A DNA stretch of 62,335 nucleotides from Candidatus Thorarchaeota archaeon (GTDB taxonomy: Archaea > Asgardarchaeota > Thorarchaeia > Thorarchaeales > Thorarchaeaceae): NCBI GenBank assembly GCA_011364905.1, contig RDNZ01000013.1, positions 1 through 62,335 of the forward strand, given 5' to 3'. A program made the translations under genes and the position numbers. The notes under the pieces are model-generated. The model did not search any database. It was not told the origin of the DNA and saw only the letters and a program-made list of their open reading frames with translations. Positions 46,613 to 56,531 of this stretch are shown here, in pieces; the stretch's first letter is position 1; each line of letters starts with the position of its first letter.

Positions 46613-47296
46613 TCATGTCGCTTGATGCAGGGGAATGACTTTCAGAGTCACTTCATCCTCATCATCGAGGTCAAGAGCACGCCTGATATTGACTGGAGCC
46701 ACAACCTCCAAAATCCCTTCACTGTGATGAGTACGTTGAGCAATTACAATGGCTGATTCTATCCTCTCGTTCACTTTGACCCTATAACAAATCACATCAC
46801 CAAAAGTTCGCCCTTCATAAGTGAAACCTCTCAACACCAAAGGCGGGGTGTTCTTCATTCTGGCCACGGCCTTACGCGACTCGTCATCCGTTATTTTGAC
46901 ATTCAGAGTACCAAGATGCGGTCTAAAGCCTAGAGCCTCCTGTAGCTTTGACGAGTAGACATCGACATAGTAAGCACCTTCTCCCAGACCTGTGACAACG
47001 ACTCCCTTAATCACAATATCATCTTCCGGTGGCGTGAATGCAATCTCCAGGTTTGAGAAGACATGCATTAGTTCCTCACGTCCTCGATTGGTGACCTGAA
47101 GCGACATTCCCTCAACTGTATGTATCCGGTCCAAGTAACCTTGCTCAACGCATTGAGTAATTCTTCTGGATGCAGTCTGTTGACTGACGTCCAAAATCTC
47201 CCCCAGTTCTCTTGTAGTTATGGTCATCTTTCTGTGGAGTGCACCCTTTCTCGCCAAGGAATAGAGTGTGAACCAAATATCTGGAATAATCATCAT
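46613..47296 (-). CDS. ribK: CTP-dependent riboflavin kinase with N-terminal wHTH (RbkR-type)
   Basis: SQQTASR HTH; GLGEGAYY, GTLNV, RTHH, LEVVAP. Confidence 0.92.
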   Translation of the reverse strand: MMIIPDIWFTLYSLARKGALHRKMTITTRELGEILDVSQQTASRRITQCVEQGYLDRIHTVEGMSLQVTNRGREELMHVFSNLEIAFTPPEDDIVIKGVVVTGLGEGAYYVDVYSSKLQEALGFRPHLGTLNVKITDDESRKAVARMKNTPPLVLRGFTYEGRTFGDVICYRVKVNERIESAIVIAQRTHHSEGILEVVAPVNIRRALDLDDEDEVTLKVIPLHQAT

Positions 47297-47298
47297 AA

Positions 47299-47928
47299 TC
47301 AGTCCTTCAGCCGCTCTTCGACTTTGTCGAGTTTCTTCATTAGCTTGCTTTGCCCAACAGCTCTTGTTAGGTCTCCCCGCGTTCGCTCAATCAGCGACCT
47401 GCCGACATCGCACTTTCTTCTCAGATCGGGGACCACGGCATTGGGATAGTCAAATGTCTGTAGTTCCTCCAGAATCTCTTCCATAAAGCCAAGAAAGGTT
47501 TCCGCTCTCTCAACTTCATCATGTCGCAAAAGATCCAATGCTGCTCTTCTCAACTCACCTACCGTGTCGGCAAGACCATTTAGATATGGTCTGGCTGGAA
47601 TACCAAAGTCCTCAGGAGTTGTGAACGTGTCATGCTCTATAAGGGAGAGCAGGTTTGTAGCCTCTGCTAACTCCTGATACGCCACATCAAGGCTCTTTGA
47701 CCTTTGCAGGAATTCGCTTTCAGATATCTCTTGAGCTGCCTTAGAGATGATCTGGCTTGCCTCAATAATCAGGGTTTTTGCTTCATCGAACTTCCTACGA
47801 TGCGTCATCTTGATAGATTCACTGCACTTGCGGACTGCTGTCCGGCCTAGTGGTAGAGTCTTCTCACGTACTGAGTCATCGTTGTCAATCTCATCCCGCA
47901 GCGGTGTGAGGATATCTGATAGTTTCAT
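47299..47928 (-). CDS. Translin/TRAX-family protein
   Basis: YQELAEA, YLNGLADTVGELRR, LRRKCD. Confidence 0.88.
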   Translation of the reverse strand: MKLSDILTPLRDEIDNDDSVREKTLPLGRTAVRKCSESIKMTHRRKFDEAKTLIIEASQIISKAAQEISESEFLQRSKSLDVAYQELAEATNLLSLIEHDTFTTPEDFGIPARPYLNGLADTVGELRRAALDLLRHDEVERAETFLGFMEEILEELQTFDYPNAVVPDLRRKCDVGRSLIERTRGDLTRAVGQSKLMKKLDKVEERLKD

Positions 47929-47947
47929 ATTCTTCGGTTTTCCCCTT

Positions 47948-48910
47948 TCATAGCTTCTTAATTTGTTTACTGCGTGACAGCAAGACGACCCGACTCTCGA
48001 CCTGTTCATCCAGTAGGTGGTAGCCTGTCAACGCTGCAAGGTTTTCGGAAAAGGCCCGAATCTCACGATGTGATGGGGCATTACCATGGTCTAGACGATT
48101 ACGTGACGATCCGAGAAACATATACCCCTTCACCTCAATGAAATCTGGTTCACCCAAATCGACGAGTTTCGAGTATGCTCGCACATCATGCATATTGCGA
48201 TTGGCTACCATTGTCAATCGATTGACAGTCCTCGTACTGAGCGACTGCAATGTTTCTTGTGACTTCAGGATGCTTTCCCATCCATTTTTGATGCCTGGTC
48301 TGCACAGGAGTTTGTAGGTGGTTTCATCAGGGGCAGCTAGAGTCACGTAGAGTTGTGTCGGCAAGGACATAGTTGATAGCACGTCTGGCCTTGTCCCATT
48401 AGTGACGAGGAATGAGGTCATCCCTCTGTGGTGTATCTCATCAATCAGGTCACTGATCATCGGATAGAGGGTTGGCTCACCAGCTAAGGAGATGGCCACA
48501 TGCTTTGGGTCTCTCGCTTCTTTGTATTTCTTCTCAGATACATCAGCACCTGCGCTTGGATTATATCCTCCAAGAGACCTTAGATTAGCCATAAGTACTG
48601 CGTCCATCAGTTCATTGACTGGAATCAAATCAGTGTCTTCAACATCAATCTGGTTCCAATTGACGCCTATGTCTGATGGAGTGACCCGCCAGCAGAACTC
48701 GCAACTCTGTGTACACTTATCCACCATAGGGGTCATTTGTAGACATCGATGCGACTGGATACCATAGAACCTCTGCTTGTAGCAGGAAGTATCATGGAGA
48801 AGCGCCTTTTTCTGCCACTGACATGCTTTGTAAGCACCTCTTCTGCCTAGTAGATGGTATCCCTGTTTCTCGAGCTTCTCTACAAGCTCTAGTGGCATAT
48901 CTGAGTTCAA
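47948..48910 (-). CDS. taw1: 4-demethylwyosine synthase (radical SAM)
   Basis: CYKQRFYGIQSHRCLQMTP, CTQSCEFCWR, HVAISLAGEPTLYP, EVKGYM. Confidence 0.96.
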   Translation of the reverse strand: MNSDMPLELVEKLEKQGYHLLGRRGAYKACQWQKKALLHDTSCYKQRFYGIQSHRCLQMTPMVDKCTQSCEFCWRVTPSDIGVNWNQIDVEDTDLIPVNELMDAVLMANLRSLGGYNPSAGADVSEKKYKEARDPKHVAISLAGEPTLYPMISDLIDEIHHRGMTSFLVTNGTRPDVLSTMSLPTQLYVTLAAPDETTYKLLCRPGIKNGWESILKSQETLQSLSTRTVNRLTMVANRNMHDVRAYSKLVDLGEPDFIEVKGYMFLGSSRNRLDHGNAPSHREIRAFSENLAALTGYHLLDEQVESRVVLLSRSKQIKKL

Positions 48911-48975
48911 ACTGAATCGAGAGCATATCTGATGTGCGTCTTATCAGGTTTTGGCAATATCAATCCAACTCACGA

Positions 48976-50229
48976 TTATCGCGATGACAGACTCTCTGCC
49001 AAGCTCTCCTGCAAGCTCCAAGAGCCCGTGAGGAGTTTCTTTCTTGATAACTCGCCCAGCAGCTTCCTGCTCTCTGCATCAAGTTTTCCCGGAGGCTTAT
49101 TCTCATAGGCGCTACCCGGGAGGGGCATGAAAACGTGCCCGTGAGTCTTCGCCCCCATGTCCGCCAATGTGTAGCAGAGGTCTATACTCTCATGTAGTTC
49201 CTTCTTGGTTTCACCTGGGAGTCCAAATATCATGTCCACATGCGGTACAAACCCAGCATCACTAGCTCTAGCAATTGCTGCAAGTCCCTCCTCTACTGTG
49301 TGGTGTCGATTGGCAAGCTTGAGAACCCGGTTGCTGCTGGACTGAAGACCTATCTGAAGCGTTTCATTAGCCACATACCCCCTCATCATATCAAGGATGG
49401 GCTTAGTGACAAACTCTGGCCTTACCTCCGATGGAAACGAACCAAAGAAGATCTCTTCTAGTCCCTCAATCTTTGCCACTGCTTTCAACAGACCCTCAAG
49501 TTTGTCAGGCTCTGCTTTGTGTCCGCGACCACCATAAGATAGAGCGTTGGGAGAGAGAAACCATGTTCGATTGAATCCGCTCTTTTCGACAGCTTCTGTC
49601 AGCCAGCGCACTATGGTGTCAATGGACCGATTTCGTACTCGCCCACCAGTCAGAAAGGGAGTGCAACAGAATTTACACGAGTAGGGACAACCGCGTGTGA
49701 CCTCAACAGGTCCCACAATGTTCATTCCCAAAGCAAAAGGCGGATAGTCATCAAGATTGACCATTTCAAGGTCTCTTGGCTGAGGGCATTCCAACGTTGC
49801 TTCCCCAATAACTCCTGGAATCTCAAGAGGGTCCTTATTGTTCATCAGGCACCACAGCAGCTCAGGAAATATCCTTTCGCCTTCCCCGACTACTGCATAA
49901 TCAAACCCATTCTCAAGAAGATCCAACGGTCGGGCGCTAGCATGCGGTCCTCCACCGATGATGGTCACAGAGTCACCGAATCTCTCTCTGACCCATTTCA
50001 ACTCTTTATAGACCCTATCCGTCTGTGTACTCATGACAGAGTAGGCCAGAAAGGTGGGTCCATTTGCGACACATCTCTCCACGCCCTTGTCTGATATTTC
50101 CACAGGTGCCTCCACGCTGAGTTCGGTCATTCTGCGGTCAGATTCAACTGAACCTACAAGAGCTGCTAGACTGTACCTTGATGAGGAATGAGCATTAAAG
50201 ATGAGGGTATGCGAAGCCACCTGCTGCAC
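48976..50229 (-). CDS. B12-binding domain/radical SAM protein (TIGR04013-like)
   Basis: GGPHAS, VGEGE, EVTRGCPYSCKFC, FGSFPSEVRPE. Confidence 0.88.
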   Translation of the reverse strand: MQQVASHTLIFNAHSSSRYSLAALVGSVESDRRMTELSVEAPVEISDKGVERCVANGPTFLAYSVMSTQTDRVYKELKWVRERFGDSVTIIGGGPHASARPLDLLENGFDYAVVGEGERIFPELLWCLMNNKDPLEIPGVIGEATLECPQPRDLEMVNLDDYPPFALGMNIVGPVEVTRGCPYSCKFCCTPFLTGGRVRNRSIDTIVRWLTEAVEKSGFNRTWFLSPNALSYGGRGHKAEPDKLEGLLKAVAKIEGLEEIFFGSFPSEVRPEFVTKPILDMMRGYVANETLQIGLQSSSNRVLKLANRHHTVEEGLAAIARASDAGFVPHVDMIFGLPGETKKELHESIDLCYTLADMGAKTHGHVFMPLPGSAYENKPPGKLDAESRKLLGELSRKKLLTGSWSLQESLAESLSSR

Positions 50230-50234
50230 GCGCT

Positions 50235-50825
50235 CTAGCTGATAGTTCTCTCAGAGATGCCGCTCTCGGTCACACTCATGACGCAGATATCGCCACCTGA
50301 TTGAGCATCTCTGGCAATTCCTGCTCTGACTGCATTAATCGCGACTTCTTCAGCTTCCTTTACAGTTATGCCTGGTTTATAGCTGTCTTCAAGAACACCG
50401 TATGCTGGCGCTGTTCCAGTGCCAGTTGCTGTGAACTGGTCCGGGATAAGCGAACCTCCCATATCCAGTGAGAAGAGTTGAGGTCCATCGCTGTCCACTC
50501 CAACCACAATGCTTTGAACATACAGTGGTGCCATTCGTCTTGAATAGAGGGTATTGGCCAGCATTTTTGCGAGTGCCTTTACAGAAATCGATTTCTTCTG
50601 ATTCAGTTCATAGAGCTTAATCTGCGCTTGAAGTCTATTGACCAGAATCTGATAGTCTGAAGTGAGGCCAGCAGACGCAAGCACGATTGAGTCTGTGAGC
50701 TTGAAGGCCTTCACACCTTTTTCAGTGAGGACAAATGTGCCCCAAGTGATCAGCGAGTCGGTGGCCACCACTACACCATCATTGCACTTAATCCCGACAA
50801 CAGTTGCACCGGTTGGAAATGACAT
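50235..50825 (-). CDS. psmB: Proteasome beta subunit, probably non-catalytic
   Basis: TGATVVGIKCNDGVVVATD, ATGTG, RDAQSG; Ala at the Thr1 position. Confidence 0.93.
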   Translation of the reverse strand: MSFPTGATVVGIKCNDGVVVATDSLITWGTFVLTEKGVKAFKLTDSIVLASAGLTSDYQILVNRLQAQIKLYELNQKKSISVKALAKMLANTLYSRRMAPLYVQSIVVGVDSDGPQLFSLDMGGSLIPDQFTATGTGTAPAYGVLEDSYKPGITVKEAEEVAINAVRAGIARDAQSGGDICVMSVTESGISERTIS

Positions 50826-50857
50826 TATCAATAAGCCTCCTTAATGGGAGTTAGTCT

Positions 50858-51982
50858 GTGTTGGTCACGTCCGGTCGTTTTAAAACGTTTGCGAACTGTC
50901 CCATCTTGTCCTCATGGAGCCTGATTGAATTGCGTAGACTCAATCCCTTTGCAAACATCCCAACTATCATGACCGCAGAGGAGATTATCGAGTTTGCGCA
51001 TAATCGTTCTATCAGACTGAGCATGAAGAGCTCGCTCAGAATGAAGAAGATTGAACGCACCCGTATTAGAGAGATCTCACGACTTCAGGAGTTCACAAAG
51101 CAGGTCAAGACAAAACTCTCTGAGGCTGTGGAGCAGTTTCCCTCAGTAGAACGATTGCATCCTTTCTATGTGGAACTATCGGAGATTCTTGTGGGTAATG
51201 ATAAACTGAAGCAGTCGCTTGGGGCTGTCTATAACTGCATACCCCCAATAAATGACATCACGGATAAACATCTCCAAGCTATCAAGCTAGCAGATGATTT
51301 TCGCCAGATGAAGAAGTCTAGGAGCGCAGCAAAGGGAAGGATCTCCTCAATCCTTCGAGCAACAGCGAAGAATCTGGACTTCATAATTGAGGCCAAAAAC
51401 ATCCTCTCAAAACTCCCAGGGATTGCTCCCGACTCTCCGACAATAGTCTGTGCTGGGTTCCCCAACGTTGGGAAATCAACACTCGTGAAAGCGGTTTCCA
51501 CAGCAGAACCAGAGGTTGCTTACTACCCCTTCACCACAAAGAGTGTCATTATTGGACACCTGAGAATAAGGAACCATAGCGTGCAGGTTGTAGACACTCC
51601 TGGAGTACTTGACAGACCAATGGCCAAGCGGAATGAAATCGAACGAGAGGCCATTGCTGCATTGAAATATCTCGCACATGTCATAATCTTCATGATCGAC
51701 CCGTCTGAAACATGCGGATGGACATTTGAACAACAGCTGAATTTACTCAGCGAGGTTCAAAAGATGTTCCCTCTCAACCCGATTCTGATAGTTCTAAACA
51801 AAGTAGATATCACCCCTCCCGACAAACTTCAGGTTGCCAGAGCGAAGCTACCTAAATGCCATGAGATTATTGCAATCGACGGAACAGGAGTCGAGAAACT
51901 GATGAACGACGCTGTTGAAGAGGTCGACTTGAAATCCCTTCAGGAGTCCGTTGACGACTATCTGGCATCCTTGTCAGAGTGA
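50858..51982 (+). CDS. nog1: NOG1-family GTP-binding protein
   Basis: LHPFY, GFPNVGKS, YPFTTK, DTPGVLDRP, NKVD; the true start is probably downstream. Confidence 0.92.
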   Translation: MLVTSGRFKTFANCPILSSWSLIELRRLNPFANIPTIMTAEEIIEFAHNRSIRLSMKSSLRMKKIERTRIREISRLQEFTKQVKTKLSEAVEQFPSVERLHPFYVELSEILVGNDKLKQSLGAVYNCIPPINDITDKHLQAIKLADDFRQMKKSRSAAKGRISSILRATAKNLDFIIEAKNILSKLPGIAPDSPTIVCAGFPNVGKSTLVKAVSTAEPEVAYYPFTTKSVIIGHLRIRNHSVQVVDTPGVLDRPMAKRNEIEREAIAALKYLAHVIIFMIDPSETCGWTFEQQLNLLSEVQKMFPLNPILIVLNKVDITPPDKLQVARAKLPKCHEIIAIDGTGVEKLMNDAVEEVDLKSLQESVDDYLASLSE

Positions 51983-53047
51983 CAGTCCCACTCCTTTGAC
52001 CAAGACTGTTCCTGGCTCTCCGATTCTACCATCTAACTCTATTTCTGCCCCAAGAATCCGCTCTACTGCCCAGATGTTTGTGACCAGATGCGATGTGACT
52101 TTCGTCACACCAATCCTGCTATTGCCTGACGCTATGGCAAGATAGGGCATTAACATGTCACAGAGATGTGAGTCTATCGCCATTCCAGATGAAACCTCTT
52201 CTACAAGTTGGGAGGCGGCCTCAGTACCAACGCTCTCTGCGCTCTTACCACGTTCTCCAAGAGCATCCATACCCATCCTGATTCCATGTTCTGACTCAGC
52301 CCAAATCACTATTCCACTCCCTGGGCCCAAGTGTGGATCGTTACCCTTGTGATATGACTCACGGACTATTTCCGCTTTGATGTTCAGATGTCTGAGAATA
52401 ACATCTTCGGCAGCTGCTGCCTGTCTCTCTGCAATGTGGCTTGGCAGTCGTACACAATGGGATATTCCTCCAATCTTACTGAGGCCACCAAATTGAACTG
52501 CCTCCAAGAAGTTGACATTTCTTACAGGCGTAACATCACAGACCACCTCGCCACCACCTCTAGGATAGTGGCCCCGCTTCTTCTGAAGAACTTCTATCCT
52601 CGGCCCTAAGTGTTTCAGTGTGTGTGCAAAAACATCTCTCATATAATCCACAGGTGGACTCCACTTCACATCAGTTCCGCCTTTGAGGCTGAAACTGATG
52701 GGTTCATGTGAAAGAATTGCTGGCAGGAGCGCTGCTTGAAGAACAAGTGAGATCGAGCCTGCTGTACCCACATCGTAGCTTATTGTACCGCCTTTGCGGT
52801 CATTTGGAATGAATTCCACAGCTGTGCTACCTACTGTCAGACCCTTGATTTTAGCATCAACAATTTTTCCAGTGACCTCGATTCCAGCAATATGCTGCCT
52901 CTTGAGACCCGGTTTTGATCGACCTGCTCGGATTTTGGTAATCCGGACTGCCTTCATGGTTAAAGCAGATAGGGAAACTGCAGTTCGAAGAATCTGTCCA
53001 CCACCTTCGCCATATGAACCATCAATCTCAATCATACGCAGAACCAA
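51974..53047 (-). CDS. rtcA: RNA 3'-terminal phosphate cyclase
   Basis: GEGGGQILR, PGLKRQH, GGTDV, YPRGGG, SHLVTN. Confidence 0.96.
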   Translation of the reverse strand: MVLRMIEIDGSYGEGGGQILRTAVSLSALTMKAVRITKIRAGRSKPGLKRQHIAGIEVTGKIVDAKIKGLTVGSTAVEFIPNDRKGGTISYDVGTAGSISLVLQAALLPAILSHEPISFSLKGGTDVKWSPPVDYMRDVFAHTLKHLGPRIEVLQKKRGHYPRGGGEVVCDVTPVRNVNFLEAVQFGGLSKIGGISHCVRLPSHIAERQAAAAEDVILRHLNIKAEIVRESYHKGNDPHLGPGSGIVIWAESEHGIRMGMDALGERGKSAESVGTEAASQLVEEVSSGMAIDSHLCDMLMPYLAIASGNSRIGVTKVTSHLVTNIWAVERILGAEIELDGRIGEPGTVLVKGVGLSL

Positions 53048-53161
53048 TGTGACGATTCGTTCACACAGTTATGAACTTCTTCCTTCAGGACGCTTGATTC
53101 AGATTTTTGCGTCTCTTGACAATCCTTATTTGTTCCTCGCCACCCACCAAGAACGATAGCA

Positions 53162-53686
53162 ATGAGGTCACTATTCATTGGGCGCTTTCAACCAATCCAC
53201 AAAGGTCACATCCATACAATCAAGCAGATCCTAGCTAAAGATGAAGACATTATCATAATTGTTGGCAGCTCTCAGTACTCTCACACACCCGACAACCCAT
53301 TCACAGGTGGGGAGAGAGTGATGCTCATTCGACAAGCACTGCTTGATGAGAAGCTCCCCCTAGAACGCATCACAATAATTCCACTTTCAGACATAAACAT
53401 CCATCCCCTCTGGGTCAGTCATTTGCGCTCGTTCTCTCCTTACTTTGACAAGGCATATAGTCACAATCCCCTCGTCAAAAGACTTCTAGAAGAGGGGGGT
53501 ATCAAGACAGACTCAACAAAGCTACTTGAGCGGTCAACATATAGCTCCAGTCATATCAGAGACCTGATGCGTTGGGGAAATGATGAATGGGAGAGCCTCG
53601 TTCCTAAGGGAGTCGTGAAGTTGATCAAGAAACACAAGCTTGATGAACGTGTCCGCGACATCGGCGAAACCCGTACCAAAAGATAA
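53162..53686 (+). CDS. nadM: Nicotinamide-nucleotide adenylyltransferase
   Basis: GRFQPIHKGH, NPFTGGER, WESLVP. Confidence 0.94.
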   Translation: MRSLFIGRFQPIHKGHIHTIKQILAKDEDIIIIVGSSQYSHTPDNPFTGGERVMLIRQALLDEKLPLERITIIPLSDINIHPLWVSHLRSFSPYFDKAYSHNPLVKRLLEEGGIKTDSTKLLERSTYSSSHIRDLMRWGNDEWESLVPKGVVKLIKKHKLDERVRDIGETRTKR

Positions 53687-53837
53687 CTTTCCTTGCCCAA
53701 CTCTTTAAATAGCGAAGCAAGAAGCAAAGATTTGGTGAACGTTTATGCTAGGTGAATGCGTTCCGAAACTTCATTAACCGACTAATTCTCTGTCCTAGCC
53801 AGTTCCATGTATCACATATCAAGCAGAGGATGACATC

Positions 53838-55316
53838 ATGAACGTTGCGAACAGCGATACAAAACAGGCCATATTTGACATGGACAAAGAGAACAACTTT
53901 CCTGACTGGTACACCGAAATCTGTCGAGTTGCCGAACTTGCAGATGTCCGGTACGGAGTGAAAGGATTTACACCATTTCTGCCATGGAGCTATATGAGCA
54001 TGGACCTGATGTTCAACATCTTGGAAGAGGTTCTCAGACGAAAGGACCATCTGCCCATGCTGTTTCCTACCGTGATTCCGGAGAGTAATCTCACAAGGGA
54101 GGCTGACCATGTTGAAGGTTTCACTCCTCAAGTCTTTTGGATAGAGGAGATTGGCTCTGGAGAGAAGCTCGAGGAACGACTGGCTCTGAGACCCACAAGT
54201 GAAACGGCCATCTATCCTCTGTACTCCCTCTGGGTACGGAGCTGGAGAGATCTCCCTCTGAAGAGATACCAGCGATGTTCTGTCTTTAGGTCAGAGGTCA
54301 AAAGTACTCGACCCTTTCTCAGAGGACGAGAATTCCTTTGGATTGAGAGTCACAATGTCTACTCCACACATGAGGAAGCGATAGCACAGGTCATGGAAGA
54401 CCTTGAGACCTCAAAGGAAGTATGCACTGATAACTTCGGACTCCCAGTCATGGTCTTCCGGAGAACCCAGTGGGATAAGTTTCCTGGCGGCCTGAACACA
54501 TATGCGGCTGATACATTGATGCCTGATGGGAAGGTAATCCAGTTACCCTCCACCCATGACTTGGGCGACAACTTTGCAAAGGCATTCAACATTACATATC
54601 TGAATAAGGACAACGAAACAGTCCCTGCGTGGCAGACCTGCTACGGTCCTGCAATCTCTAGAATCTATGGTGCGATGATCTCAGTTCATGGTGACAATAA
54701 GGGGCTCAGACTGCCCTTCAAGGTGTCTCCCTATCAGGTTGTAATTGTACCTATCTTCAAGGGAAAGAATATTGAAACTGTGCTAGAGTACTGCAAGGGC
54801 ATCGAAAAAGTTCTGAAGAAGGCGGGAATTCGTGTCCACCTCGATGATACAGATACGACTCCTGGATGGAAGTACAATTACTGGGAGATGAAGGGCGTTC
54901 CCATTCGAGTAGAGGCTGGTCCTCGCGATATAAAGAAGAACAGTGCAGTCCTATTCCGTAGAGACACGCTGAAGCGTGAGACCATAGACCTGAAGGATTT
55001 GAAGAAGAGAGTCGCAGCTCTTGGGAAAGAGATTGATCAGAACCTCCTCAAGATGGCTGAGGCCAAGTTCGAGGGACTAATAGTCGATACGGAACGACTT
55101 GGTGAGGTTGACGATGCCTTAGACCATGGGAAAATTGCGCGCGTTCCATTCTGTTCTATAGAGATGGATGCTTATTCATGTGCTGAAGAGATTGAGAAAA
55201 ACACACGTGGCGAGATTCGTGGAACTCGAATCGATATAGACGAAAAGCCTGAGGGCGTCTGTGTCGTGTGCGGAAAAGTTGCTAAAGAGGTCGTTTATAT
55301 AGCAAGGTCCTATTAG
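53838..55316 (+). CDS. proS: Proline--tRNA ligase (archaeal/eukaryotic type)
   Basis: EADHVEGF, RPTSET, PFLRGREFLW, WEMKGVPIR, C-terminal ARSY. Confidence 0.97.
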   Translation: MNVANSDTKQAIFDMDKENNFPDWYTEICRVAELADVRYGVKGFTPFLPWSYMSMDLMFNILEEVLRRKDHLPMLFPTVIPESNLTREADHVEGFTPQVFWIEEIGSGEKLEERLALRPTSETAIYPLYSLWVRSWRDLPLKRYQRCSVFRSEVKSTRPFLRGREFLWIESHNVYSTHEEAIAQVMEDLETSKEVCTDNFGLPVMVFRRTQWDKFPGGLNTYAADTLMPDGKVIQLPSTHDLGDNFAKAFNITYLNKDNETVPAWQTCYGPAISRIYGAMISVHGDNKGLRLPFKVSPYQVVIVPIFKGKNIETVLEYCKGIEKVLKKAGIRVHLDDTDTTPGWKYNYWEMKGVPIRVEAGPRDIKKNSAVLFRRDTLKRETIDLKDLKKRVAALGKEIDQNLLKMAEAKFEGLIVDTERLGEVDDALDHGKIARVPFCSIEMDAYSCAEEIEKNTRGEIRGTRIDIDEKPEGVCVVCGKVAKEVVYIARSY

Positions 55317-55354
55317 GGCGAAAGTCCCTTTCTAGACATGACCCTTAGAGAATC

Positions 55355-56362
55355 ATGAACATTTCCGGAGTTGAGTGGATGAAAGTACTAGTTCCCTATC
55401 CAGATGAACTTGTCAAGATATTCAAAGACATACTCGGTGATAACGCTGAGATTGTTCAATCAGAACGGACAGCAGAGGCAATGATTGCAAATGGTGGCGA
55501 TGTGAAGATTGTCGCATCTGTCAATGTCCCAGGGGATTTCATTCGGAAGGCAACGAACCTCCGGATGATTCAGACCTTTGGAGCAGGGATTGATGGTGTC
55601 GACCTAGATGCAGTGAGAGAACGCGGTGATGTCATTGTCTGTAACAATCATGTCAACTCTGCAGAAGTAGCTGAATTTGCGATATCATTGCTCCTTGCTG
55701 TTGCAAAGAATCTCATTCCAAGTGATAGGGAACTCAGGACAGGGAGTTGGATTCATAGGTGGGGCGGCCCTGTTCCAAACCTTGAGATTCGAGGAAAGAA
55801 GGTGCTCATCATTGGACTGGGCCATATCGGTGCAGATATAGCTAGGAGATTGAAGTCATTTGATGTCGCTATCACAGCTGCGACTCGTAGCGGAACTTCG
55901 AGCAATCGTGACCTTGTGGACCAGATTGTGAGCATTGGTGAAATACAGTCCTATGTTAAGGACGCTGATTTTGTCATTCTTTCCCTACCTCTGACCGATG
56001 AGTCAGCAGGTCTTGTCAACAGGGAGTTTCTTTCCTGGATGAAACCGACCTCCGTCTTGGTGAACATATCCCGTGCTGAGATAGTAGATGAGCAAGCACT
56101 GTATGACGCATTAAAAGAGAAACGGATTCATGGAGCAGGTATTGATGTGTGGTGGAGATATCCTCGCAGATGGCGCGAAACAGTCAGTCTACCAGCTGAT
56201 GTACCATTTCATGAGCTCGATAATATTGTGATCACTCCGCATAGAGCTGCTTATTCCGCCCATATAGAGCGGGAACTGTTCCTCTTTGCAGCAAGAAACA
56301 TACTCAACTTCATTCATGGTGAAACACCGCTGAACATAGTGGACCTTGAACGAGGCTATTAA
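55355..56362 (+). CDS. D-isomer-specific 2-hydroxyacid dehydrogenase
   Basis: GLGHIG, LPLTDES, VNISR, GIDVWW, TPHRA. Confidence 0.92.
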   Translation: MNISGVEWMKVLVPYPDELVKIFKDILGDNAEIVQSERTAEAMIANGGDVKIVASVNVPGDFIRKATNLRMIQTFGAGIDGVDLDAVRERGDVIVCNNHVNSAEVAEFAISLLLAVAKNLIPSDRELRTGSWIHRWGGPVPNLEIRGKKVLIIGLGHIGADIARRLKSFDVAITAATRSGTSSNRDLVDQIVSIGEIQSYVKDADFVILSLPLTDESAGLVNREFLSWMKPTSVLVNISRAEIVDEQALYDALKEKRIHGAGIDVWWRYPRRWRETVSLPADVPFHELDNIVITPHRAAYSAHIERELFLFAARNILNFIHGETPLNIVDLERGY

Positions 56363-56531
56363 CAATCCTGAATGAAAAATGTAGGAGAACTTCTATCTCC
56401 CTGTCGTATCAGATTGTAACAGGGAGTAGTGTCTTATGGAGCGTACATTATTCATCGGAGAGTCAGAGAGTCAAGACTTTAAGGAAAGCCTTAATCATCG
56501 CAGAAGCAGTCAATATTCGGGGGACTACGAA

